A stretch of DNA of 64,000 nucleotides from Octopus vulgaris (GCA_951406725.2 OX597826.1:27528001-27592000), one strand, 5' to 3'. Counted from the first letter of the stretch, positions 42,123 through 57,215 are shown. Notes: generated by a model not told the origin, from the sequence alone. A program made the numbers and translations.

Positions 42123-42210
42123 TGTATGTGTGTGTGTTTATGTATAAAGATATACATAAACTCGTACATAAATATATATGTACATGTATATGTATATCTA
42201 TGTATATATC

Positions 42211-42243
<33 letters not shown>

Positions 42244-42499
42244 ATATATACATGAGTGTGTGTGTCTATATAAGCATATACCTATATACGTATGTGTACT
42301 TACATACATACATATATATCTATATGGATATATACGTAGATAGATATACATAAGCATGTTTGTATATGCCGTCACGGACACACAAATGCATACACCTATA
42401 TGTGTGTATATAATGATGAAAGAACCAAATGCCATCATCTCTTAGGGTAGTTTTCGTTTATTAACTCTTCATGAACACTGCGAGAAATATAACCTTCCC

Positions 42500-42525
42500 T
42501 ACTACTACTACTACTACTACTACTG

Positions 42526-42570
<45 letters not shown>

Positions 42571-42945
42571 GTACTGCTGCTACTGCTACTGCTGCTGCTG
42601 CTACTATTACTACTACTACTATTACTACTACTACTACTATTACTACTACTAATACTACTAGTACTACTAATAATAATAATGATAATTGTGATAATAATAA
42701 TAAGAAGAAGAATAAGAAGAAGAAAAAGAAGAATATAATAATGATGATGATGATAATAATGAGGAGGAGGGGTAGGAGAAGGAGAAGAAGAAAGAAGAAG
42801 AAGAAGAAGAAGAAGAAAAAGAAGAAGAAGAAAAAGCAGAAAAAAAAACAAAAAAAAAAACAAGAACAAGAAGAACAAGAAGAAGAACAAGAAGAAAGAA
42901 GAACATGAAGAAGAAGAAGAAGAAGAAGACGAAGAAGAAGAAGAA

Positions 42946-43018
<73 letters not shown>

Positions 43019-43060
43019 GTGATGATGAGGACGATGATGATGATGATGACGATGATGATG
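42500..43060. repeat. Compound (ACT)n/(GAA)n/(GAC)n/(GAT)n microsatellite
   Basis: Directly visible. Confidence 0.95.
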
Positions 43061-43480
43061 GTGAGAAAGCGAAAAAGTATAATAAGAACAAGAACAACAA
43101 CATTATCAACATTATCACCATTACCATCACCAAGAATAGCAACAACAACAAGAAACATAAGCAGGAATCCAACATGAATGCTTTTTAAATTTGGGATTTA
43201 TGTTAGAGAGAGCAAAATCTTCTTTTCCATGTCATTCTTGTAAAATGTTAAGTAGAAAACTGACATATTTTCTTCATGGCATTTGGTAATCTTTGGTCAA
43301 TTGTGTGTGACAGGTAATGGCCCAGGGCTTCCACAATTTCTCTCCCTCTCTCACTGTCTCTATAGCTTTCTCTCTCTCTCTCGCTGTCTCTATCATTCTC
43401 TTTCTCTCTCTCTCTCTTTATATAGATACACACATACACACACACACATATATATATGTATGTTTATATATATGTGTATA

Positions 43481-43550
<70 letters not shown>

Positions 43551-43755
43551 TAAACAAGAGAGACAGAGAAAGGCAGAAACAAGGAAAATGTCACTTATAT
43601 TTGAACACTATACAAATATTCTTTTAAAAAATCTTTTCTTCTAATTTTTCAAATTTTAATTATTTAATTGTTACAGTTGAAAAGGTCTCAAATGACCAAA
43701 ACCGGTACTGAAATGTTCTTTATAAAATTATTTCAGCATTTTCTATCTTGACTTG

Positions 43756-43876
<121 letters not shown>

Positions 43877-44089
43877 TAAAATCAACATGATCATATAAGG
43901 TTATGGGCAATGAGATTTACCATAAATATACCAAACGTGTCAACAAATCATATCTGTATATATGGTGGTATATATTTATGTATGCTTGTATACATATAGA
44001 TATGTATGTGTGTTTGTGTGTGTGCGTGAGCGTGTGTGTGTATATATAGATTCTGGGAGATACATACATACACACACACACACACACAT

Positions 44090-44146
<57 letters not shown>

Positions 44147-45015
44147 TATATATATGTTGTGTATTTGTCTATGTATATATTTATCTATGTTTGTATGCAT
44201 GTACGTAATGCGTATGTATGTGCGTATATATAACGATATGACACAATATAAATTAATAAACCACTGATTAAATTAGATATGAATTATTAGAGATAGACAG
44301 ACATAAATACCTATGTATCCCCAGATACATATACACATATACATACGCACAGAGAAAAATATGTTATCACAGAAACACGTACATGAACATCCACATACGC
44401 AAAGACACACAAGCACACACACACCATATATATATAATTAAATTATGCTGACATACATATGTTATTAAATCATATTATAGCCTTCGACACCGCTATATAC
44501 CTTGTTTATCTTTTTCATATTATCGAAACGCTAAATTGTATTTTATTTCTATAAATATTTATTTGCACTCATTCATATCTATAACTGAGATATATTTTTA
44601 TTATTATTTATTTTTTATCATCATTATTATTTTCTTATTAAGAAATCCGATGTAGAAATAAGTTTTTGCTTATTTATTTACTTATGATTTATTTTATTTT
44701 ATTTTTTATTATATTTTATTTTATTTCATTTAAGATCTGTTCTCATACGTGTTTATTTCCGAATTTTTCTTGAGTACTTTATAGAATTAAGGTGTATTTC
44801 ACAAGGCTTCCAGGAAAAACGATCGAAAATTTCGTAAATAAAACTCCGAGTCCAAGAAAACATAGAATTGGTCTCCGTTTATAAATTCATTTAGGAAGTT
44901 TCGTAAATTCACATAAGTTCATGTTTTGTAGAGAAATGAATACCAAATTGATCTTTTCAAGGAACGCTACTTGTTCTCTTTCCGAACATGATCAAATTGC
45001 TGCTGCTGCTGCTAT

Positions 45016-45070
<55 letters not shown>

Positions 45071-45142
45071 GTCTTTGCTGTCATCATCATCATCATCATT
45101 ATCATTATTATTATTATTATTATTTATTATTATTATTATTAC

Positions 45143-45393
45143 TGAGTGAGAGAGCAGTGCATGCCATCAGAGTGACACCGGGGCAAAATATACGAAGCCC
45201 AGCATACCGATCATGACTACCCGTCTGATAAGGATACACTAGGCACATGCATCGCAACCATATGTGCGCGACATGGGGATCTCATATCAAGACAAACAGC
45301 GCATGACCTTGCAGGTGGAGCCCAGTTAGAATTTTCTTCTGGTCGAGTAACCCATTCCACTCAAAAGGTCCCTGAATAAGAATTGTTTAAGGA
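45143..45393 (-). mobile_element. Second copy of the retroposon 3' end seen at 11558
   Basis: gagtgagagagcagtgcatgccatcagagtgacac...ctcaaaaggtccctgaataag. Confidence 0.7.
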
Positions 45394-45409
45394 CACATAT
45401 ATAAATATA

Positions 45410-45990
45410 GGTATTATGTGAATACTGAGCGCTATGTGGCAGTGCTGAGGAAGTTTTGGTCATCACTGGGACCACGGAGAGGGATAAATCGAAATGAACA
45501 GTGGTTCCAGCCACGCATCATATGAAATCCTAGCCTGGCCGAGAGAGCGATTTCAGGAGAGACTCTCTCTCTCTCTCTCCTTCTCTCTCTCTCCTTCTCT
45601 CTCTCTCCTTCTCTCTCTCTCCTTCTCTCTCTCTCCCTGGGGCTTTCGCCATCGACGTCGTTGCCGCTCCGTTCTCGGCTCCCAGTTCTCTTTTTCTGCT
45701 TATCTCTAGTTGGATCCAAGCTGTTCCACAGGTCTCCTCGGCCTTGCTGCTTCCTTTCGAATGTTGTCACATTGCGTTATGCTTCTTTAAAGATTTCCTT
45801 CTCCTAGGTTTTGCATGCTTTTAATTATCTTCGATGATGCTGTGCCTTCACCTTTGCTTTGTAAGATTTTGGACATACTCAAACTCATGCCCCTCTCTGC
45901 GAATGTGTGGTCCTTCTTTGTCTAGCCCCAATTCTGTGACCGATTCAGATAGGTGGCTCTACCATAAGCTTACGCTTAGGTGACACAACT
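45410..45990 (-). mobile_element. RTE-like LINE 3' remnant interrupted by (CT)n
   Basis: The minus strand contains ...NWEPRTERQRRRWRK, resembling the W.PR..KR..GR...RW motif of the RTE C-terminus; heavily decayed. Confidence 0.45.
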
Positions 45991-46673
45991 CCCAGGTTCA
46001 CTGAGGCGCAGAAGCCACCCCGCTGCAACAAGGACTGCACCTTATTTGACCTTTTGCAGCTGATAACGTATACCAGTCATATATTGTTATATAGATGCAA
46101 TGGAAACTTTGTTTTTCATAAGCTACGTGATTGAAGTAATAAATATTTTTTTTAGCACTACTCTTATTCAGGTGATTAATAGATATGTCCATTTTCTTAA
46201 CATCATATCACCACAACACATCTCTTCATTTTTCCTTACTTCCGTCTTCATCCATATTCCTTTTTATCTCCCCACTCTCTCTCTCTCTCTCTTTCTCACA
46301 CTTTCCCTTTTCCCTTCAATCTTTCTCCTTCCTTAGATTTGCTAATAGCATTCTGTTTATATCTTGTCAAGGATTTTTTTCTCCTCTTCCTTTATATTTC
46401 ATCTCGCTATTAAATCCCCTTCTTCTCTGCAAAGCCTTTTTAATCGGCAGCGAATGTTCTGTGTGGTCAGTGGCCAGAGAGCCATTATCAAGACAAGCTG
46501 CTGATTCCAACGACAGATTCTTCCGAGAGAGACACTTAGACAAGATTGGTCGAGAGATAACAGAAAGATTTATATAGGAAAGAAAAAAAGTCACAAAGAC
46601 ACGAGAGCAGCTGATGAAGATTATGATCATGATAATAGTAAAGACGATGTTGACGATAAACATGATGAAAAAA

Positions 46674-46724
<51 letters not shown>

Positions 46725-46908
46725 GTGGTGGTGGAAGTGGTGGCGGTGGTGATGATGATGATGAGGAGGAGGACGAGGATGATGTGGATACTGATGACGT
46801 CGACGATGAAGCCGATGATCGAAGGTAGAACATAAGGGGATCGGAAGCGATTACCGTGACTACAATACATATTACTACTGCTACTATAGCTACTACTACT
46901 ACTACTAC

Positions 46909-46986
<78 letters not shown>

Positions 46987-47636
46987 TAATAATAAGAACA
47001 ACAACAGCAACAAGGATAATGTGAGTATGATGATGATGATGATGGCGACAGCAACAACGACATGACAATAACGAAATAAACAAATAGGAGAAAACATGGG
47101 AGGAGAAAATTTAAGGAACTCTTGTTAGCGAAAGCAAATTCCATCAACAGAAACGAAAACAGCTGAGTAGCAACATTGCTGCTGCTACTGTTGCTGCTGC
47201 TGCTGCTACTACTACTACTAATACTACAACAACAACTACTACTATTGGTAACTCTGATTAATCAATTAAAAAAGGAACGATATTTGATAAAGAGAATGCA
47301 TAGTTTTATTTATTTAATAGATTTGAGTAATTAATATAAGCGTACCAAGAAATGCGTTACCAGTATGTTGGAATATAGTCTTTGGGAGGGTTTTAGAAGG
47401 TAGTTTTCGTTTCACGATTTAAATAGTAAGGTAAAACATGTTGATATCAAATATATAATTTGATTTTATCGCGTCATGTGTAAATATACATTATTTAGTT
47501 ACCCCACATCATCGACGTGAAATTTATAATTTATATAGATTTTCCAGAGTGATTTTGGTATACTTACTAAAGTTCGCTTAGGTCTTGTATAGCATTGCTA
47601 TTATTTTATATATATATACATGCATACATACACATG

Positions 47637-47695
<59 letters not shown>

Positions 47696-48057
47696 GTATA
47701 TATACAGTATGTATACAGTATATTTATATATATATATACAGTATATATATGTATATATTATATATATTATGTTATATTATATATTCTGTATTATATATAA
47801 TACATATATACCTCTTCATCTATATATGTATGTATATTCATAAACACAAACACACACACACATTTTTTCCTGTTTCGAGGGCTTCACAAATGTTCTGAAT
47901 CATATTTACCGGACACCACACAATCCAACACATAGATCTTTAAAATTTTTTTATGTCCTATATTTTATCATACTGTTATAATCATCATCTCTGTAGCATC
48001 ATCATCATTATTATTATTATAATTATTATTATCATTATTATTATTGTTATTATTATA

Positions 48058-48171
<114 letters not shown>

Positions 48172-48785
48172 TCCTTAATCATTATCATCACTATTGTTAT
48201 CTGCTATTTCCACCTACTTCAGTCAAACATGTTATTGTTGATGCTATTAATGTTTGGTTTATTGTCTGGTATTATCCTTGTTCGCGAATTTTCTATAACC
48301 AAATAAATACTACTGCTTTTGCTATCCATAACACCATAACAATTGTTCATAATGTTTGCATAAGGGAATTCACAGCAACGAAACCGTATGAAAGTAGTTT
48401 TCTACTCAGAATGGCGAATTCCATATACATTTAGACCAATATAAAGACGTTGTAAGTAGCTCTTTTTGAACAGCTCTTACCTTCGCGCTGTCAGAGAGAG
48501 AGACAGCTGTGCTCTATCTCTTATAATTGGACAGACATCATTTTTTTCCGAATTATCTCCCATCCCACCTTAGTCTGTGAAACTCTATCATTCACACATA
48601 CCAAAACAACTGGTCCCTTTTTTTCCCTGCTTTCATACATTCCCATTTCATTTTTCTCTCCCTTCTCCCTCCATATCTCCGCTTCACAACCCTATTTTTC
48701 TCTGTTTCTCTCTACACCTCCCTTCCTTCTCCATCTCTATAGGTATTCTTCCTCCTAAGTTAGTAACCGAATTCTACAGCCCTGG

Positions 48786-48832
<47 letters not shown>

Positions 48833-48833
<1 letters not shown>

Positions 48834-49217
48834 TAGCAGTATCGCCCGGCGTTGCTCAGGTTTGTAAGGGAAATAACTATAAAGCATTTTTAGAGAGTTA
48901 TAGCCCAAAAATAGCAAAAAAATGGAAAAAAAATGATGGTAAATTTTTTTTGAGAGTTAAAACAGGTGGAGTTGCGTCCCCTAGACGGTCTGTGGTTTGG
49001 GTTTCTCATTCTCGACCCCATGTCGAATTTATCGATTTTTTTCAGAACTGGGGGAACTTTTCAAAATTTTCGCTGCGTTAGTTTTGAATTATGACATTGG
49101 GCTATGTGTGTGTCAAGTTTCATCAGAATCGGTTGAAAGCCGTGGTCAGGGTGAGGGTACAAGCAAACAGACACACAGAAACACGCACAGACAAACTGCC
49201 GTTTATATAGAGAGAGA
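48833..49217 (-). mobile_element. Complete non-autonomous Helitron (~385 bp)
   Basis: The minus strand begins A|TCTCTCTCTATATAAAC and ends with a GC hairpin (cctgagcaacgccggg) then CTAG|T; inserted between A and T with no TSD. Confidence 0.82.
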
Positions 49218-49421
49218 TGTATGTATGTATGTATGTATGTATGTATATATACATATTACATGCGTTGCTTTATATTTCCAACAGTATTAGCTGAGGAAGG
49301 TTCTGCATAAGAGATGTTTTTCCTATTTTATATTGCGCAATGATCTGAAATATACATATTAAATGCTTTCAAATTATCATTACTTGGTATAGGCGCCATT
49401 ATACATATACATATATCATAT

Positions 49422-49470
<49 letters not shown>

Positions 49471-49474
<4 letters not shown>

Positions 49475-49650
49475 ATTAAAAGCAGGGAAGAAAATACTTC
49501 TAGACTAATAGATGTAAGTGATCCCACATGAGAAAATATTTCTGTAAAGTAATTTAACAAATTAGGTAAATATAAGGAACTAAAAATTGAAATACAAACG
49601 ATGTTGTATCATAAAGCGAGAACTGTTCCTGTTATTGTCGGTACCCTATG
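49471..49650 (+). mobile_element. R4/Dong-like RLE endonuclease fragment
   Basis: VIKSREENTSRLIDVSDPT*ENISVK*FNKLGKYKELKIEIQTMLYHKARTVPVIVGTL resembles the IDxxxP...EK..KY..L...VP.I.G.L motif. Confidence 0.7.
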
Positions 49651-49904
49651 TATCCCTGTAAAGTCTATCCCGAACAGGTAGCACCTCTCGGTAGCACTGC
49701 CAGGCAAGGGATTTCTCGTAGTTATCCATAGGTGCAGCCCCTTAAGTTCTCCAAAAGAGACCGGTTAGCTGATCTTCATCGGAGCCCAGAGTTTCTCCGA
49801 GAAAGTCGTCGCACTCTCTCTCCACTAGCCCTCTTTACAAAACTTGACTGGAACTACAAGCAGACTAAGGTGACACTTGTTTACTGGTGATGCTTTAAGA
49901 ATAC

Positions 49905-50830
49905 AAGAAAAACTGAACTACGACGATTTGAAGTGAGAAATACGAAGGTTGGGGTGAATAAAGATAGGAGACGTGACACTAATAGTAATTGGCGAACTTG
50001 GAAGTATCAGCACTCACCTACCAACATGGCTGAAAAAGTTTGGTGCAAGTGTGAAGGTAGAACCCCTAAAAAAAATCAGCATTGCTTGGAACTGCAAGCA
50101 ATGCTGAAAAAGTTTGGTGCAAGGGTGAATATAGAACACCTACAAAAATCAGCATTGCTTGCAGTTCCAAGCAATGCTGATTTTTTTAGGGGTTCTACCT
50201 TCACACTTGCACTAAACTTTTTCAGCCATGTTGGTAGGTGAGTGCTGATACTTCCAAGTTCGCCAATTACTATTAGTGTCACGTCTCCTATCTTTATTCA
50301 CCCCAACCTTCGTATTTCTCACTTCAAATCGTCGTAGTTGTTCAGTTTTTCTTTCTCTTTGATACTGTTGTTACCAGAGCATGCTATGTCGATTATCATA
50401 CATGTTCTTTCTTTTTTATTCACCTCAACGATGTTCGGTTTTCCGATGTCTGATCGGGTGAACGCACTGGATCATTGCATCCCACAGGATTTCGCTACTT
50501 TCATTTTTGGTGACTCCTGGAGTTTGCTCATTCCACGTCTTTGCTCTTTGTAGGCCGTGATTTCTACAGAGCTCCCAATGGAGAATTCTTGCCACATTGC
50601 CCAGTCGTCTTTTGTATTCGCGTTGTGCGGGTTTCGAGCATTCACTGACGATGTGCCATGCCGTTTCCCCCCTCTCACCACACATTCTGCATTTTTTGCT
50701 GTCGGTAGTGTTGTCTGTTCTGCATTTCATATAGTTAGTCCCTAACACTTGTTCTTGTGCTGCACCTATAAGTGCTTCTGCCTCTATTTTCAGGTCACTG
50801 CCCCTCGTTCATAGCCACCAATCTGTATCT
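49905..50830 (-). mobile_element. R4/Dong-like LINE C-terminal region with foldback duplication
   Basis: KCRMCGERGETAWHIVSECSKPAQREYKRR..VARILHWELC (CCHC knuckle), ILWD, and LKKSALLGTA; 49905-50107 is an inverted copy of 50149-50353. Confidence 0.85.
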
Positions 50831-50904
50831 GTCTTGGCGTTCGTATCTCTTGCAAACTAACCGTACGTTTTATTTTTCTCCTTCCACGCTTTTTTTTGTA
50901 TTCT

Positions 50905-50967
<63 letters not shown>

Positions 50968-51409
50968 TTTAAATTTATTTACGGTAAACGTTTTGAATAT
51001 TGAAATAAAACTTCTATTCTATTATGCCGTCTACAGTTTAATAATCCACGTTTCCACGTTTCCTCACAGCACATGTCTCTAATCGTCCATATAATCGGGA
51101 TGTCTACAAATAGTTTGTATTATCTGTAGACATCCAATTTCATGGATTCATGAACGTGATCTACTCGATGCCCACTAATATAACGGACTACACTGTAATC
51201 ATCGCAGGAATACGGACAGTGATTTTAGGAATCATTTGATTTCCGGAAACGTGCGTAGCAATGCATTAAAATATCCACACAGCCCGTCCAAGAACTGTTG
51301 TTATTATTACTATACATATATGTGTGTGTGTGTATGTGTGTGTATTTGTATATAGATAGATAAATAGACAGGCAGCCAAACAGGCAGACGGACGGACAGA
51401 CAGACAGAC

Positions 51410-51593
<184 letters not shown>

Positions 51594-51927
51594 GTATATA
51601 CAGATTATTTTATCAGTTTATTTTAGAAAAGATTTGATTGGAAACTATATATTAAAGAGATATTCTATTTTGAGAGAATCGGAACTGGTAAGTCTGACTT
51701 TAGACTTTGATGTGCGTCTGCAAAATATAATGTTATGCGCATATACATGTTTGCACATGCATATTTCAATGCGAGTACATAAATATGGGAACTATATTCT
51801 GATGTATGTATAATTTTTAGAATGTGTATGTACGTATATATATATATATACACGTGTGGTTTGTATGCCTGCCTGCGTATTTGAATATATCTGTATGCAT
51901 GCCTGTGCGCATACGGCTGAATTTAAT

Positions 51928-51979
<52 letters not shown>

Positions 51980-52948
51980 GACATATATATGCTTTCTTTC
52001 TCTCTCACCCCTTCTCTGTCTCTCTGTCTTTCTCCACACACACATATATATATGCATATATATAATACCATATATATATACATATATATATATATATGTA
52101 TATATGTACATATATGTGTGTATGTGTATATATATATATATATATATGTGCGTGTGTGTGTGTGTGTACATATATGCGTGTGACAGAGAGAGACAAAGAG
52201 ATAAATTGCTACATAGATGAAGGCGAACAATAATATACGTGTATATATATGTATATATATATATGTGTGTGTGTGCGTGCGTGTATGCGTGTGGGAGTGT
52301 GTATTTGCATGTGTATATACATTTACCCATGCACACACATACGGTCACACTTACACACACACACATACCCATACATCGGTACATACATAAATATGGCGTA
52401 CGTGTTTATGTCCAGTGATTCGAATAGTTAGCTGCATTATCCAAGTTACTCTACCAAACAAAGAATATTAACTGAAGGCATTATACGCTTAGAAATCATA
52501 GAAGCTCTACAGAAGATGACATAGAACGTTTTTCAAAAGAATGATCCTACGGTAAAAATTTGGTGAATGCATCACTTCAAAAGCTAAGCCTCTTTCCCGT
52601 TGGAAGATCTTCATCTGTTCAGAAGGCACCTTTATATAATGGACTAGTGGTTAATATATATAAATAGAAGAGAAAAATATGAAGAATTATATGAAGGAAC
52701 TTACGAAGAAAAAACACTTAAAATATAACGGTTAATATGCAAGCGTTCTTTTTTGTATGTGCATGTATGACAGTGTGTCTGTATGTATGTATGTAGATAG
52801 GTAGGTAGGTAGGTAGGTAGGTAGGTAGGTAGGTAGGTACGAATGTAGGTATGCATGGATAGTTGTAAGTCTGGGAGGCAGTATAGATACATGTACACAT
52901 TAATCACTCTTGCTTGTGAGTGTACATCTATCTATCCTTCTCTCTCCC

Positions 52949-52998
<50 letters not shown>

Positions 52999-53037
52999 TT
53001 ATCTATATATGCATGTATCTATCTATCTATCTATCCT

Positions 53038-53107
<70 letters not shown>

Positions 53108-53216
53108 ATTTATATATATATGTGTGTGTGTGTGTATGAATATATGTATATAAATACGCAATTTATTCACAAATTTATATATATATACACACACACACAC
53201 ACGCACACACACACAC

Positions 53217-53266
<50 letters not shown>

Positions 53267-53274
53267 CCAAAAGA

Positions 53275-53452
53275 ACGAAGAACAAACAAAAAAAGAAACA
53301 ACAACGCGAGGACGTGCTGCATGTAAAGTATTAGCAGACGCTCAGAGAAGGAAACAAATGTGGTTTCACGTTTCGAGCAAAGCACTTCTTCAGAAACAGG
53401 AGACAGAGGTAAATCCAATAGAAAAGGAAAACGGAGGGAAAAAATCGCCATG
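53275..53452 (-). mobile_element. Penelope-like terminal repeat with degenerate hammerhead
   Basis: Minus strand gttt-CTGAAGA-aGtGCtttGCTC-GAAACGTG-aaac at 53363-53397. Confidence 0.55.
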
Positions 53453-54087
53453 TATATATGTATGTAAGTATGTTGTATGTATGTATGTATGTATGTAAGT
53501 ATGTATGTATGTATGTATGTATGTATGTATGTATGTATGTATGTATGTATGTATGTATGTATGTATGGATGGATGGATGGATGGATGGATGGATGGATGG
53601 ATGGATGGATGGATGGATGTACGTACGTATGTATGTATGTATGTATTCTATATATATATAGGTATATACATGTAGGAAACAAGTATAGAGTCTCATATAC
53701 GTAATACCTCAGACAACGATTCAATAATATTAAAATCTTTGACACTTTGTCAGAGGACTTTACTGTTAGGAGATCCCAAACAAGTTTTCTACGTGTATTT
53801 ACGTATTTCTGAACTGATATTTATAATACTGTTATGATTAATATTAATATCAATAGTCAACACATTTTGTATTACTTTTACTGTAATGAAACACGTTTAA
53901 CATAGAATAAAATTATGACAAATTTTCCAGTCTTATTTTAACATACAATTTATCTACAAATATGACTCACATGAACATTCAACTAGGATTTGTGTTTCAC
54001 TTAGGACAAAATATCTATATACATACGTTTGAATACAGGAATATGGTTCAAGTGGACGAAGCTTAGATTATAACCATTTCTGTACTC

Positions 54088-54995
54088 TGCAGAGGTATTC
54101 AAAAGAAACTGGAATTTTGCATTATCATTTTATTCGCTTAGTTTTACATGTTTGCACTTTTATCGCCTTCAAATTATTCTCCACTTGAAGCAATGCATCG
54201 GTTCAGGCACATTTTTGCCCTGATCAAAGTAATCCTGGAACTCTAGCAAATGATGCCTTTTAACGCCGCCATAGTTTTTTTCTTCAACTCTTCCACATCT
54301 GTAAATTCTGTAGCACCAGCTTTCGTTACCAGCGTTACCAGCGATGAAAAAAGGTCCGGATCAATTTCCAGCTCTTCTTTCAGTTCACGACACGCATTCA
54401 CTCGTAACTGCTTAGAACTCCCGTGAGCAAGCGAGGCACAAATTTTACTGCAATTCTTTTCAATCGCAATTTCTCGCTCAAAATTTGATTTCAGGAACTC
54501 CAGGACACGCCAGTTCTATCAACAAGTTCGTCAATTCTTTGGCTACGGTCCTTCTGGATCAGTTCGCGAATTTTCATCATGTTTTCAATCGTTTGGGAGG
54601 TCGACTGTCGTCCTGACCAAGATTGGTCTTCAAGCGACAGGTGACTATTTCCAAAGCGTGGAAACCACCCGTAAGCTCGTGTTCTGCTCATGGCAGCGTC
54701 CTTGTAAGCTGTTCCAAGCAAGAAAACTTCTTCGAATGCCGTTTTCCTCAGCAGAAAACAGAATTTCACAGAAGCAAGCTGTTCCTTCGTTTCAGCTATC
54801 GCAAAAAGCGACAAACAAAGGAGAAGCACTGACAGACAATGATGCACCACGTGGCAGTCCGATGGTACCGGAAGGCGTCGGTCGGGAGATTGATGACCTC
54901 GGGTCACATAAGGTGGCCACTAGCGGCGGAAGCCTGAACTACAACGGGCTTGTACTATAGGGAACGTTTCCAGTTACTTTTGGCTACCCATTCGT
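54088..54995 (-). mobile_element. Internally deleted mariner element
   Basis: ORF 54491-54907 has the mariner N-terminal HTH region (VKFCFLL.KTA.E...AY...AMSRTRAYGWF.RF..SLED..WSGR.ST); imperfect TIRs ggtattcaaaagaaactggaa / ttccagttacttttggctacc. Confidence 0.8.
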
Positions 54996-54996
54996 A

Positions 54997-55169
54997 GATC
55001 GCTAGCCACTACACATTCTTTATTTTCTCTCCTTGTTTCTTCCTGTGTTCCTTTCGGTGGAAGAGCGTAAGCTCGAAATGTTAAAGACTTTTTCTCTTCC
55101 TGAGCGTTATACTAATACATCTGTTTGTTGTCTACACCACCAGTCTTCGACATTTTTTTGTGAATTCTC

Positions 55170-55172
<3 letters not shown>
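54997..55172 (+). mobile_element. Penelope-like terminal repeat (same family as 25535)
   Basis: gatcgctagccactacacatt...ctttcggtggaagagcgtaagctcgaaatgttaaagac. Confidence 0.6.
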
Positions 55173-55251
<79 letters not shown>

Positions 55252-56897
55252 ATGTCAGTACGAAGCAGTGTTTAAGCCTAAGCAAACCTTACGTTTATGA
55301 CATATTTCAACAGCTAAAACAGCTAAAATGCAAATTCACTTCAGTTAACGTAGAGAAAAATTCTATCTTGGTAAAATAGTGTAAAAACCTATTCGCGACC
55401 CCTCAGATTCCCAGATATCGATGTTTCTAGCTTTTTAGCTATTATCAATGGGAAATAGTGAATTTAGGCAACTCTGGTCTGACCTTATCAAAGCCATGGC
55501 TTTGATTATAGTACAGCGAAAAACGTTGAATGATTTCGCGCCAGTAGACCACTGCGGTCGTGGAAAATACCGTAATATCGGCGCCAAGCAATGTTTAGTC
55601 GGAAACGAAGTTTAGATCAGTTAAAACATGTTTGTAACATATTTCAACTGCTAAAAGACAAATTCACTGCAGTTATCGCGAAGAAAATTACTCTATTATG
55701 GTAAAAAGGTGTAAATACATCATATCTGCCAGACATCGATGTCTAAAGAGAGATAGTTTTTTGGTTGTTATCAATCTGAAATACCTGAGAGAGACAGTGT
55801 TTTTTACCATGCGAAAGACATTTTCCACACGGTAAAGGTATACACACACACATTTATATGTATGCATGTATGTATGTATGTATGTATGTATGTATGTATG
55901 TATGTATGTATGTATGTATGTATGTATGTATATACGTATGTATCTATGTGCGTATGTATGTTTCCTTTATTCTTTTATATTTATATATATTATATATATA
56001 TATATTCATTTGGTTTACAAGATTCTTAATATGAATTTGATTGTTGAAACAAATTTTGTTGTCACTTGGGAGGATCATTACGCTTATGATAATAATGATA
56101 ACACACACATTGGGTTAACATCACTTCTTGCTGGTTAGTCAATTGGTTAAACATCTAAGCAACCATCGAATCAACCGTTTGTTCGGATTAAACAATCTAT
56201 CGGTTGTTTAAGGCTGACCTTAAAGAGAGGTAGACGAAAAAATCGTCCGGTAGCGACTAGTGAGAACACCAGAGGCATTTTGATTTAAATACGTCCATAA
56301 AATATTTTATCTCCCACTCCACGTTACACATAATATATGACAACGGGAGTTGAAAAACCATCCATGGAATGGCTAGCGCTAGAAGTTCTTAGAAAGATAT
56401 TATATTCCAAGACCGGAAGATAAAATGCAAAATTATATCCGAGATGATTCGAACCTAGCATGTAACGGCCCTTACAAACCCACTGTGAATATTATCCTCA
56501 ACATTATCATCATTATTAAGATGGAATCACTCTCTTTTAAATCCATCTCAATATAAAGACATCTCAAGACATGCTTCCTTGTTGACAAGATAATGTTTAA
56601 AAGCCTCTACTGAGAATGAGCTAGAAAAAAATTGTATTTATATCTTTATCCTCTTATTTTACAATCAACTGATCTTAACCACCATTACTGACGTCAGCAA
56701 CAGAGCAAGGAGATAGAATTATTGCATACGTGCATATACGTATAAATGTATATACGTATACAGGAATGTTTGTTTGTATGTAATCATGTCTTGGTATAGA
56801 CAAGTGTGACTCTATACACAACTGTATATATGTAAATAGATAGATATAGATATATATATAAATGCATATATGCATACATATACATATATAGTATATA

Positions 56898-56969
<72 letters not shown>

Positions 56970-57026
56970 CATATATATATATATGTATATATATATATGT
57001 ATATATATATATGTATATATATATAC

Positions 57027-57081
<55 letters not shown>

Positions 57082-57215
57082 TATGTGTATATATATATAT
57101 GTCTAGGTATATACATATATACCTACATATATACGTAACAGACGTTTATATATATATATAAATACATACACACACACATATATATATATGTATATATGCA
57201 TATATATATATATAT

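Noticed and set aside
45436-45460. miR-34-like seed TGGCAGTG
   Set aside because: Only the seed matches, there is no precursor hairpin, and it lies in a probable LINE 3' remnant.
51080-51197. Tigger/pogo-like MITE (tataacggactacactgta end, internal hairpin)
   Set aside because: Only one terminus is recognisable, which is too little to call.
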